Notes: generated by a model not told the origin, from the letters alone. A stretch of 64,000 nt of DNA from Nitrosopumilus sp. (GCA_965214775.1 OZ243974.1:1056001-1120000), one strand, 5' to 3'. Counted from the stretch's first letter, positions 40,912 to 50,562 are shown. A program made the numbers and translations.

Positions 40912-41670
40912 CTAGTCTTCTACCTCCTCGCCCAAGTTAAGAATTCTGCTCAGAGAACCCTCCAAATTGACCAATCCCTCTCCGGTTACATTTGAAATTG
41001 GAATCAGTCCCTGGGCAAACCCGCCCAGGTTCAATCCCCGTAAAATGCTGGAAGTCAACGCGTATGTGTCGCCATCTGCATCCTTTGCTATTGCATTTTC
41101 CAAGGAACTCAGGCTGGTTGACCACTGTAAAATGTCTCTTAATTTGTCTCCTATGATGTCTGTTTTTGTTACTGCATTAATGGCCGGCAGGTTCAAACGC
41201 AATCTGATTGAAGTGGCAAGCAGCGCTATTGAAACAAAATTTACGGGGGTTGTAATTAATGCGCCGTCGAAAAGAAAAATATTTGTCTTTTCCTCAAATG
41301 TCAGGTTTTCTACCAGGAATCGTCCACTAGAACGATACGCAAACAGTTCAATCTGACCGGGGGTATCTACGATTAGGTAATCTGGATTGACTCTGTTGAC
41401 CTCGTTGTGAACATCGTCAATTTTTGATGCAATCAGATCACTTGCCATAATTAGCGCTCCGTTTGGGCCTAGATCATACTGCTGCATTATTGATACGATA
41501 TCTACATGGTCTCTTACGTCCACATCGCAGGTATAAGGCAAGTTTTCAACACCCGGATCCAGATTTAGTACCGCAGTAAACGCTCCATTCTTTGTATAGT
41601 ATTCGTGGAGTTTTGACGTAAGTAATGATTTTCCAGAACCTGCAGTTCCCAAAACAAAAATTGATTTCAT
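40912..41670 (-). CDS. GPN-loop GTPase
   Basis: GTAGSGKS, NLDPG, LGPNG, DTPGQIE. Confidence 0.92.
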   Translation of the reverse strand: MKSIFVLGTAGSGKSLLTSKLHEYYTKNGAFTAVLNLDPGVENLPYTCDVDVRDHVDIVSIMQQYDLGPNGALIMASDLIASKIDDVHNEVNRVNPDYLIVDTPGQIELFAYRSSGRFLVENLTFEEKTNIFLFDGALITTPVNFVSIALLATSIRLRLNLPAINAVTKTDIIGDKLRDILQWSTSLSSLENAIAKDADGDTYALTSSILRGLNLGGFAQGLIPISNVTGEGLVNLEGSLSRILNLGEEVED

Positions 41671-41722
41671 CTTTCTCTACTTCTATCCAGCTTTATTTCT
41701 CATATTTCAAACTAGCTTGTTA

Positions 41723-42834
41723 TAGCAACGAGCACAAGTCTTTGAGTCAAAACAGGATCATTTGAAGGGTATAACGATCACGTAACTGGCGCAGTATGTA
41801 TGGCAAAAGAAACAGACAAAAGCCTGTCAGAGGCCATGCACAAAGAAAAGGATGCCAAAGTCTACAAGAAGATCACGGCGCTGATGTCTGTGCCAGAAGA
41901 CGATGCAGGCGTGCCCGAGACTGCAAGAAGGGTGATCCGGTGCAGCGAGAATTCCGTGCGCAGCCGGCCGGCGAGGCTTTCGGAGGACGGCATGGACTGC
42001 CTCCGGGATCTTCCCCGTTCCGGATGCAGACCAAAGGTGGACAGAAAAAAAATTGCCACCATAATGGACTTGTCCATTGAATACAACAGTACCGACGTCA
42101 TGACGGTGCGTGATGACATAAGGGATGCCACCGGGATAGAATACAACATAGAACATGTCCGAAGACTGATGCGCCAGTACGGCCTGTCGCGCCGCAAGGT
42201 GCAAAACGTACATGTCAACCATGCCACCCCAAGCTCGGTATACTCGTGGCAGCGATACCTTGAAAACGTGCGTATTCCGTGCCTGAAAAACGACGGTTTT
42301 ACGCTGGTGTCATCTGATGAGGCGTTCTTCGTGCAGGGCGCATACGACAGATACGTATGGGGTCCGGTCGGCACCAGAAGCGTGGCATCGTATTCGGGGG
42401 ATCACACAAGGGTGGCCGTGTTTGGAAGCATCGCAGAAGACGGCAGGAAGCTGTTCAGGACGTTTACGGGATCGTTTACATCGGTGTAGTTCATACAATG
42501 TCTGGAGGCGCTGCGCGCCAAGTTTGGCAAGGTTGCCGTCTTTTGCGACATATGGAGCGTGCACAGATCTACTGATGTCGCAGAATATCTGGCAGGCCAT
42601 CCCTATGTCAAACTGATAATGCTCCCAAAAGGATCGCCGTACCTCAATATTGTGGAAGAATGCTGGAACCTGGGCAGGCATGTCGTTTTCAGGGGGATAG
42701 TGTACAGAAGGATCAGCAAGCTGCGGCATGCCATATCTGAGTATTACAGGACGGTGTCGTTTGCCCACCTTTGCATGTGCAAGTACATTTACAGATCGCC
42801 GGTCAAGGCCCTCAATTACTTGTGACCGTTGCTA
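41723..42834 (+). mobile_element. IS630-family insertion sequence
   Basis: TIR TAGCAACGAGCACAAGT / ACTTGTGACCGTTGCTA with TA flanks. Confidence 0.9.
41800..42825 (+). pseudogene. IS630 transposase with in-frame TAG at 42487-42489
   Basis: DLPRSG.RPK, SDEA, FCD, LPKGSPYLNIVEECW all in one frame across the stop. Confidence 0.85.
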
Positions 42835-42848
42835 TACGATAATCCAGT

Positions 42849-44383
42849 AGACTTTATGCATAATCGGCCCATCTGATCTAAAAATACGACACAATAGATC
42901 ATTATTTGCACACCAACAACCCTAAAGATCTGTATGATTCCCTAACTGTATGGGCTCAAATGACAAGACTCTCCAAGCATTTCAAGCGTTACAAGCGCAA
43001 CACGAGATGCTAGTCGAGCAACACGAGCAGGTATCCAAGCAAAACAAACAGATGTCCAAGCAAAACGAGCGTATGAGGAAGCAGCTTGCGTTTGAGGACT
43101 CACTGTGGCAGTCCGAAGAAAACAAGACAAAAAGAGTCGTGCGCGGCGGGACGCCTCTGCGGATGCACGCAATCGAGGTTGCAGACGGCATAATCGGCGA
43201 TCCGGTGCGCCTTTGCAACGTCACGGGATGCACAAAGGAGTCATTTGAGATCATACTGGAGCGCTTTACGGAAGAAGTCATGGACGACGAGGACAGGCCC
43301 CTGTTCTGGGAGGACGACGTAAGAGGCGGCGATGCCGGAAACCGGTGCAAGCTGTACATCAGGCACGCGCTGCTTGCAGTACTCATGAGCATAAGGACCA
43401 AGGCAACGCAGCATCATCTGGCCGCAACGTTTGACGTCGACCAGTCCACAATGTCCAGGTACCTCCGGTACGGTGCCGTGTTACTGCGCCGGCTCCTGCC
43501 TGCCTCCGAAAAGCTAACAAGCATCATCTGCAAGACCCCGGCAGGCAAGCTGGAGGAGGTGCTGATCCCAAAAAAGACGCTCCTGATTGACGGTACCCTG
43601 ACTCCGGTAGACAGGCCCGGGGACAGGACCGCAAGAAAGACCAGATACTCGGGAAGAAAAAAGCGGCACATGTTCAACACGATAATTACCTCGAACCTGG
43701 ACGGCCTCATACTGCACTGCGGCAAGACTGTGGACGGAAGCGTCAACGACAAGGGCGTGATGAACGCAGGGGGCGGCCCGGACTTTGGAAGGCACACCGG
43801 ATCAATGAGGAATGCAAAAAACGCAGACGATCCGGAAGAGGCGTTTGTGATTTACAGCGACCTGGGATTTGAGGGCATTCAAAAGATGCTTCCGGGCGCC
43901 ATACACAGGCAGCCCCCAAAGAAGCCCAGGGACGGGGATCTTACTGCAACGCAAAAGAGGCGCCGCAAGCAGATAAGCAGGGTTCGCGTCAGGGTGGAGC
44001 ACCACATAGGGCGGCTCAAAAGATATGGCATTCTTACCATGCCGTTTGGCGGAACTGCCAAGGATCTCAATTATTTCATGCAGATAATCACGGGTCTTGA
44101 GAACCTCAAGACGATGTTGAAAAGGAAAAAATACTATGGCCAGCTGCTGCAGCAGCTGCATCTGCTGCCAGACACATGACATACGGCGGTACGGACCGCC
44201 ATTCTTTCTGACTTGTCAACGGGGCACATTGCCGTGCTGCATGGTTGCGCACGTTCTTTTGGCGCAACTGGCTTTTACGTGCGTCATGACACGAGATGCA
44301 TGCGGTAATTTGATCCGATCAGCGCATTTGCGTTTGGAAAAGCCTACGGAATTTTTAATCACGGTCGATTACGCATAAAGTCT
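42849..44383 (+). mobile_element. IS5/ISL2-type insertion sequence inserted in the IS110 gene
   Basis: TIR AGACTTTATGCATAATCG / CGATTACGCATAAAGTCT; 3-bp TSD AGT. Confidence 0.9.
42950..44179 (+). CDS. DDE_Tnp_4-type transposase
   Basis: HTH (FDVDQSTMSRY), IDGT, YSGRKKRH, SDLGF, RVRVEHHIGRLK; frame intact. Confidence 0.9.
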   Translation: MGSNDKTLQAFQALQAQHEMLVEQHEQVSKQNKQMSKQNERMRKQLAFEDSLWQSEENKTKRVVRGGTPLRMHAIEVADGIIGDPVRLCNVTGCTKESFEIILERFTEEVMDDEDRPLFWEDDVRGGDAGNRCKLYIRHALLAVLMSIRTKATQHHLAATFDVDQSTMSRYLRYGAVLLRRLLPASEKLTSIICKTPAGKLEEVLIPKKTLLIDGTLTPVDRPGDRTARKTRYSGRKKRHMFNTIITSNLDGLILHCGKTVDGSVNDKGVMNAGGGPDFGRHTGSMRNAKNADDPEEAFVIYSDLGFEGIQKMLPGAIHRQPPKKPRDGDLTATQKRRRKQISRVRVRVEHHIGRLKRYGILTMPFGGTAKDLNYFMQIITGLENLKTMLKRKKYYGQLLQQLHLLPDT

Positions 44384-44576
44384 AGTAGTTGGCAGTGGAC
44401 TCGCATACTACCTTTATTGGCAGCTGTCCGCGGTATTGTTCCTTGAGATATGTTGCAAAATTCGTTGTTGCCAAAACGCTGTTCTCAAACTTGGATCGCT
44501 CTAGCAGCTTGCCAGAGTCGTCCTTTACTGCTGCAACGCATGTCTTCTTATGAACGTCTATTCCTATGTTGATCAT
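44384..44576 (-). pseudogene. IS110-family DEDD recombinase, N-terminal fragment
   Basis: MINIGIDVHKK..VVCESTANY continuing as WIIV at 42835-42848 beyond the IS5 insertion; SD GGAGGTGA upstream. Confidence 0.85.
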
Positions 44577-44604
44577 TTTATCACCTCCCTTTTGATCAAA
44601 GTGT

Positions 44605-44745
44605 ATGTGCCCAACTGAACGGAAAACTCCCATTCGCCCTCAATGATGTGGCATTTCGTCGTCCGTCTACTCTGAGCCAGTCTCATACACGCCCTCATAT
44701 GTGGCAAGTTTACTTCGGCTCTTGGGCCCAACATGGATAATATGG
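44605..44745 (-). ncRNA. Candidate IS110 bridge/seek RNA
   Basis: Outer stem GCCCAA/UUGGGC enclosing arms GAGCC/GGCUC and ACGGA/UCCGU, each with an internal loop and a UGCCACAU..GAGGGCG hairpin. Confidence 0.7.
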
Positions 44746-45224
44746 CGTCCGCTACAGATAAGATTTGATATAACGTCTCATACAAGGAGAACAGGAAGTT
44801 TGCAGAATGGGTGTGACTGTATGTGTTGCACTGCGGGGACGGGAGGTGGGTGACCCTGCATGGTGCGGTCATGGAAGGGGTGTCCGTCCCCTGGCCCCAC
44901 CCACCCAATGATCTTATAGGATATGTTTGCACCCGACGGCATGAAACGTTTCAAATGGATATCATGGTTAGGAATTTACCGCGTTATCAGTATGAGGATA
45001 ATGCCTCGGGGAACTAACTGCGGGATCGCCTAACAAATGGATGAAGATGGTACTGGGGGAAGGCCCCGAATGGATACATGTCCGCCCATCCTTTGGAAGT
45101 GGATCAACCCTAGCGAAAGTCATGCACCATGTCACGAAATCTAGGAAAATGCTTAAAAAGAATTCACATGGATACTGACAGTATTATCATTTTAACTTAA
45201 TTAGTTGTGTGTTGGATAGTCTAA

Positions 45225-45740
45225 TCATGTGAGACCTGCATCCCCAACATCCGAAACTGATACGCTATCAGTAGTGTTGTGTGCAGCCCATAGATATGGA
45301 TCTCCCAATTGATTAGTATAATCTACATACCATTCTAATTTTGACAAAATTGTTCTACGTTTTAGAATGACTGGGGGATCTCCTTGTATCACAAATTCAT
45401 TCCAAGGTTCAAAAGGTTGGTCTTGTATGTAGCTTGTTAATTCCATTTTCTTTGCTTTCTTCATATCTTCTGGTGTGGGATTTGATGTGGGTTCTTTTTT
45501 CTTTCCTCTATTGGTAAATGAAACAATCATTTGTCCTCCAACCATGAATGTTGGATCAGTGGATATTTTTTGATTTGGCGGTATTTTTTCATCAGGAACT
45601 TGCATAATGTTAGCTGGGATATTCACCAAGCGTAACGTTCCTTGTACTTGGGAATGATCAATTTCATATGTGTTATACTGAATCTTTTTAATTCGAAATA
45701 ATTTATCAACAAGATCTTTTGGGTTTATTCGAACCGACAT
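45225..45740 (-). CDS. Hypothetical protein with two related halves
   Basis: YNTYEI..GTLRL..DPTF and EPWNEFVI..ILKR..GDPY. Confidence 0.7.
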   Translation of the reverse strand: MSVRINPKDLVDKLFRIKKIQYNTYEIDHSQVQGTLRLVNIPANIMQVPDEKIPPNQKISTDPTFMVGGQMIVSFTNRGKKKEPTSNPTPEDMKKAKKMELTSYIQDQPFEPWNEFVIQGDPPVILKRRTILSKLEWYVDYTNQLGDPYLWAAHNTTDSVSVSDVGDAGLT

Positions 45741-45743
45741 TTT

Positions 45744-46166
45744 CTAGACTCTTGTTTTCTTTGTAAGTAAAATTACTTGTAGGTTATCATTATATAACCT
45801 GTCAGCGTTATCTATTGCTTCCAGTATATGAAGCACATCATTTGAAGATTGAATTTCTTGTTTGTTCTCATGAATTTGTTCTCTTGTTTGATCATTACTA
45901 GCTCGTTTGAAATAATTTATCTTAAATGGAATTTGTTCAGTTTCTGGAATATCCTGGTTTATTGCTAATTGTTTTGCTTGAATCATTGCCTTGTCATAAC
46001 CACTTTCAGTTAATGCAGAATAATTGCACATAGGACATACATAAGATTCAAAATTGCCTACATGTTCCCCATACATTTTGAATGGAGCATTTTTTTTCTG
46101 TAACGATATAAAACATCTAGGACAGCCAATATCACCACTACTGTTTCTAATGGGAGACTCGTTCAT
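45744..46166 (-). CDS. YgiT/MqsA-type zinc-finger protein, putative antitoxin
   Basis: CPRC..ESYVCPMC at N-terminus, polar tail. Confidence 0.65.
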   Translation of the reverse strand: MNESPIRNSSGDIGCPRCFISLQKKNAPFKMYGEHVGNFESYVCPMCNYSALTESGYDKAMIQAKQLAINQDIPETEQIPFKINYFKRASNDQTREQIHENKQEIQSSNDVLHILEAIDNADRLYNDNLQVILLTKKTRV

Positions 46167-46230
46167 GATGTTAGTGCGCCATATCTTAATAAATACTTAC
46201 TAAAATAAGTTGAAAACAAATCATTCCTGC

Positions 46231-46461
46231 TCATGCCTGATAGGCTGTTCGTAAATATAAAAAACAACTACGCAATGATACAATAATCTCCCATTTTTCC
46301 CACTTTACTTGATATTCGTTTTTCGTCATTTCGATTTTTTTACCCTCTTTTAATGCGACCTTAATTTGACTTGATGGCAAATGTCTATCATTCATCCTAT
46401 CCATAAAGTGATTATCATAAATCCGTTCACAATCTTTCCAGGGATCTACCAATATGACCAA
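46231..46461 (-). CDS. DUF4258/RelE-like small protein, putative toxin
   Basis: YDNHFMDRMNDRHL..VALKEG..C-terminal RTAY. Confidence 0.6.
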   Translation of the reverse strand: MVILVDPWKDCERIYDNHFMDRMNDRHLPSSQIKVALKEGKKIEMTKNEYQVKWEKWEIIVSLRSCFLYLRTAYQA

Positions 46462-46852
46462 ACAATAATTTTTACTATATTTTTCTATGTTTTTTCAGAC
46501 ATATTTCTTTAATTTTTTACGCATTTCTTCCTGTTAACTATCGGGACAGGATAAATACGGCAACGATATTAGATGAGCATGAGTGTCGGTAAGCTGCAAA
46601 TTATGCAATCATCTAGATGATAATCTGTCAGCCTAGTCTACACCTCTTGCGGTATCCTTGCAAACGTATCGGTGAGTACGATTTTTACAACCGCAATTAC
46701 CTCTTTTTCCTATTCAAATCACTTCCTCCAAGGACTTCGAGGAGGAAGCTACTGCGATCAACGGCCTCGTGAAAACCATGGAGCAAAACGGGCTCTCGAT
46801 CAAAGGACTGTAAACGACAGGGTTGTGAAAACTGACTGCTAATATTTATACA

Positions 46853-46890
46853 AGACCTTATGCGTAATCGACCGGATCAAAATATTCCGA
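46853..46890. repeat. Solo end of the IS5/ISL2-type element
   Basis: AGACCTTATGCGTAATCGACCG matches the reverse complement of the 44383 end. Confidence 0.6.
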
Positions 46891-46951
46891 CGGTGGCCGG
46901 CCACACATGCAAAGCTGACGGCATCACATGACGTGTATGAGCACGGTAAAG

Positions 46952-47088
46952 TGGAGTGGACCCCTGTAAGTAGAAACGATTTTGGCGACATTTTATGCAC
47001 ACTTTAATCGCTCATTTTTGCGGCACCTCCTGCATTTTCCGGACAAACTCGTCCGGCGTCAGGTATCCCAGTGCCGAGTGGATCCTGT
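46952..47088 (-). pseudogene. IS3-family transposase C-terminus and right end
   Basis: RIHSALGYLTPDEF..stop, followed by GGGGTCCACTCCA terminus. Confidence 0.7.
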
Positions 47089-47181
47089 GTATGTGGTCAC
47101 GTCCCCCTGTTGACTAGGTGTGAAAATCATAGTCATAGATGTCAATTCGTGCCTGATTGGCAGGGGTAGGTGACCTCATAC
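47089..47181. mobile_element. 93-bp MITE, inverted relative of 34657-34749
   Basis: TIR GTATGTGGTCAC / GTGACCTCATAC; degenerate flanks GATCCTGT / GATCTTTT. Confidence 0.82.
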
Positions 47182-47207
47182 GATCTTTTTCGTAGTTTTA
47201 TATACGA

Positions 47208-47284
47208 ATGCACATTTGAAAAAATAATTTTATATAAATACATGCACATTTGAAAAAATAATTTTATATAAATACATGCACATT
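47208..47284 (+). repeat. 34-bp tandem duplication containing BRE/TATA-like motif
   Basis: ATGCACATTTGAAAAAATAATTTTATATAAATAC twice plus ATGCACATT. Confidence 0.9.
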
Positions 47285-47286
47285 CC

Positions 47287-48531
47287 CAGTAGTTCCGATT
47301 GTGACCCCGGCCTGCCCTAGCCCGGATCGGGGGGCTTTTTGTTCCATGGTCTCATACACCATCTTATAATCCGGGCAAGCAGCACCTTGAGCTTGATCTT
47401 CTTTTTTTTGCACCATGATCTTGCGATCATCCAGATGTTAGACATTCCAAGCGACAGGTAGAACAGTATGAGTCTTATGGCATCGTTCCGACTGCAGGTG
47501 CGCGGCATGGCCCTCTTGACGTCCCGGTATCCGGTCTCTATTCCCCACCTCTTGCGGTACTCCTCGGGAAGCTCAAACAAATCCTCCGGCGTGCAGTTGG
47601 TCATGTTGGTGACAAAGGCGATGTGGAACTTTTTCTTGTTTTTATCCTCCCTTTCCAGTATTATCAGGTTGCATCTTATCTTGCTGCTGCCAGAGGATAT
47701 GGTATACTTGCTGACTGCATCCCTGTGCCCGTCTATGTGCTCCTGTATGGCCCTCTCAACTCCCTTGGTGCATACTGCAGGAGTCATGAACCGCAATCCT
47801 GCATTATTTATCGTGTTGAGTACGTCAACTGAGTAAAACTCCTTGTCCATCAGGACCATCTGCGGCCTGATGTGCATTCTCTTGATGGTTTGCAGCAATT
47901 TACGCACGAATTCGGGGTTAAACGCGTCCCTGGTCACCGGAAGGCACGCAAGGTGCGTCTGGTGCTTTTGTCCTACTGTTCTTGCAGTGATGTATGCCTC
48001 AGCCGTGCGGGTGCCCGGCCCCCTGTACTTTATCTTGTGGGTCATGTCCGGATTGTGGTCGTACCGCGGGATCTTGGTCTTGTCGATGGCTATGATCGGG
48101 GATTTTCCAATCAGGCCACCCTTGATGGAGTCTGTGACGGTCCTGCGCAGGATCTTGTCGGCCCTCTTGTGCATCGTCTCATAGTCCACCTGGCCCAGCT
48201 TGCCAAGCAGCCAGTCGGCGCCGGGGCTGCGGCCTGCAGAGTCCCGGAGTATCTCTGCGGCCTGTTCTGCGCACATGCGCTCCTTGGACATCGTTGCCAG
48301 AAGCGCAGCTGCATCCGTTTCATCGTATATTGCGTTGTGTCTGTCAGAGAACTTCATGCCTACTGCCGAGACGGCGTTCTGGAACATCTTGCGCTCCCTG
48401 TGTCCGTACGGCTTTTGAGCGGCCCTGGCACTTTTTGTCATGCAGGAATTGCTAAAAGTTCCCCCTATAGATCCAAGTGATCATAAAATCTGTCAATTTG
48501 CCTTATTTTCAGGCCACAATCGGAACTACTG
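47287..48531 (-). mobile_element. ISH3-type insertion sequence, copy 2
   Basis: Same TIRs as copy 1; 5-bp TSD ATTCC; one indel and one synonymous change noticed against copy 1. Confidence 0.93.
47317..48441 (-). CDS. ISH3-family DDE transposase
   Basis: Protein identical to 2828-3952. Confidence 0.92.
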   Translation of the reverse strand: MTKSARAAQKPYGHRERKMFQNAVSAVGMKFSDRHNAIYDETDAAALLATMSKERMCAEQAAEILRDSAGRSPGADWLLGKLGQVDYETMHKRADKILRRTVTDSIKGGLIGKSPIIAIDKTKIPRYDHNPDMTHKIKYRGPGTRTAEAYITARTVGQKHQTHLACLPVTRDAFNPEFVRKLLQTIKRMHIRPQMVLMDKEFYSVDVLNTINNAGLRFMTPAVCTKGVERAIQEHIDGHRDAVSKYTISSGSSKIRCNLIILEREDKNKKKFHIAFVTNMTNCTPEDLFELPEEYRKRWGIETGYRDVKRAMPRTCSRNDAIRLILFYLSLGMSNIWMIARSWCKKKKIKLKVLLARIIRWCMRPWNKKPPDPG

Positions 48532-48878
48532 ATTCCAGCATTATGAGCCTAAGCCCTGCCTCGTATGATGACAATCCTTGGTGGACAGATATTGACGAAA
48601 TCAATCAAGAACGGGAGATTAAAAATTGGGAGGACAGCCCAATCAAGTGGGATCCTAGGATACGTCAAGCATTTGATTTTACAAATGATATAATCTACTC
48701 TCTGCGGGGACCAAGACAGGTTGGCAAAACAACCCTGTTGAAGTTACAGATTAGGGAATTCCTTCAAAATGGCGTATCGCCCTGGAATATAATGTACTAT
48801 GCGTTTGACGTTGACAACTCTCCGAAAAACCTAGTGGAGGTTATCGAAAACTACCTAAACAGCACCAAGAGGCTACGT

Positions 48879-49001
48879 CAGTACTTCCTAGGTGTGCTTT
48901 TGCAGACCCGGCACGACATAGCCGCTAATTTTGTTTACGCATAAGGTCTTCTGCAAATTACGTAATTGCCGTGCCTGTAAAAGTACACTTGGGAAGTACT
49001 G
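48879..49001. mobile_element. 123-bp MITE, left copy
   Basis: TIR CAGTACTTCC / GGAAGTACTG; identical to 50563-50685. Confidence 0.92.
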
Positions 49002-49022
49002 ACTTAGATGTTACCCAGCGCC

Positions 49023-49143
49023 CAGTCTTCCTAAATGTACCCGATTCATGGCGGTGCAGATTATGACATGCGGATCTACAGGCAGCTTAGTTTGCACTGT
49101 TTCGAACTTGGAGCCGTTTTGTGGGGAACTTTTGGGAAGACTG
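49023..49143. mobile_element. MITE of the CAGTCTTCCC family inside the insert
   Basis: CAGTCTTCCTAAA...TTGGAGCC...TTGGGAAGACTG. Confidence 0.82.
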
Positions 49144-49187
49144 ACTTAAGATAATAATATAAGAAACCTTCTGGAAGGCAAATCACA

Positions 49188-49724
49188 ATGTCTGCTGCAT
49201 TACTTGATCATATTACTGACCGAATCAACAAAATGGAAGATGACGGGGCGGTAGACGAGGCCATAGTTGACGATTTGGATGAACTCAAACAAAAATTACT
49301 GGATGTTGAAGATAGATGGCTTTCAGTTGATGACAAAAACAGCTTCTACTTTTATCAAGGAATCCGTGACGTGGAGTTGATTCTTGAAAGAATGGTCGAA
49401 CGATTCAAAGCTGCAAAAATAAAACATGACAATCCCCAAATTGCACTAGACACGCTTGCAGTGATTCCTATTGTAAATGAAATTATTCAAATTGCCGAAC
49501 ATGGCAAAGCAGATGACGCAGCTGTAAATCAAATTTTGGAGCGTACGCACCAGTTGCGAGACAAGGCTCACGAGACAAATCTTATCGAGTCTGACGAAAG
49601 AAACCTGCATGAAGTAGACAAGGAAACACTGGGCAAATCCTTTGACAAGGTTCTTGACACTCTGGAGATTCCGTCTGATTTGCCAGACGACGTATGCGTT
49701 GACGAGGATAAAGATATTTCCTGA
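49188..49724 (+). CDS. Acidic helical protein, putative antitoxin
   Basis: 178 aa, Asp/Glu-rich, overlaps the PIN-like gene. Confidence 0.7.
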   Translation: MSAALLDHITDRINKMEDDGAVDEAIVDDLDELKQKLLDVEDRWLSVDDKNSFYFYQGIRDVELILERMVERFKAAKIKHDNPQIALDTLAVIPIVNEIIQIAEHGKADDAAVNQILERTHQLRDKAHETNLIESDERNLHEVDKETLGKSFDKVLDTLEIPSDLPDDVCVDEDKDIS

Positions 49725-50514
49725 TTCTAGCGTAATAGTATCTGCCAGTATTCAGGCAAATGTTGCAAGTATTGGCGTAACGGTAAAGCACCGATTCTAT
49801 GAGGACTCGATACATCTGTTCAGCATTTTTCGAAAACGCGCAAACAAAGGCATGGGAGTAACCACTAAGACAGTTCGCGGCGAATCCTTTCATGCTCTAT
49901 CCAGGGCTGTAACAAATTCCATTTTAGAGAACCTTCCTGCAGAAAAAGACAAGCGAAAAAGATTGTTTGATGAGACAACCTCGATTGTTAACCTGTGTGA
50001 CAGCAAAATGAGAGATCTGTTTTCTACTCTGCTGCTGGAAACTCCCTCAAATGACATTGTTCGGCAATGCGTGACCGATGTGACTGACATGTCAAAACAT
50101 ATCAAAATGCGTTACGAATCCAGATACATCAACAGAACGAATCGCAACATTGAGGCCAAACGCAGGACTGAGTCGATAACAAACTCGACATGGAAAGGGA
50201 CTTTGAAGGGTGAGGCATATCGTGCGCAAAGATTACAGGTAGAACGGGAAGCAGTCCAGGTGAAAAAATTCATGTCAAAATATCCAAATCCCGGAGACAG
50301 CAGGATACTGGCCGAGGCTTTGGCAATCAAGAGACAGATCGAGACCTATGGACAACATGTGAATTTCTATATTGCGTCTTCCGATACCGGATTTTTCTCC
50401 CCTCATAGAGTGAAGGGTGGTGCAAAATCTGATATTGTAACCAATGAGATAAGCACCAGGTTTGGAATAACCTGTGATTTTCCAGCAGAAATCAGAAAAT
50501 TGGCTAATCTATGA
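49699..50514 (+). CDS. Large PIN-like domain protein
   Basis: IFPDSSVIV, GDSRILAEA and IASSDTGF acidic motifs; TTG 49699 start inferred. Confidence 0.65.
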   Translation: MTRIKIFPDSSVIVSASIQANVASIGVTVKHRFYEDSIHLFSIFRKRANKGMGVTTKTVRGESFHALSRAVTNSILENLPAEKDKRKRLFDETTSIVNLCDSKMRDLFSTLLLETPSNDIVRQCVTDVTDMSKHIKMRYESRYINRTNRNIEAKRRTESITNSTWKGTLKGEAYRAQRLQVEREAVQVKKFMSKYPNPGDSRILAEALAIKRQIETYGQHVNFYIASSDTGFFSPHRVKGGAKSDIVTNEISTRFGITCDFPAEIRKLANL

Positions 50515-50562
50515 AACTCTTAACTCTGAAATTTCAATCTAGCCAGAGATTTTTCACTACTT

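Noticed and set aside
42487-42489. Programmed readthrough or pyrrolysine at the IS630 TAG
   Set aside because: No pyl genes are visible here and a single substitution explains it; other copies would need to share the TAG.
2737-48531. Inversion or giant composite transposon between the two inverted ISH3 copies
   Set aside because: Each copy retains its own matching TSD (AAATT and ATTCC), indicating independent insertions.
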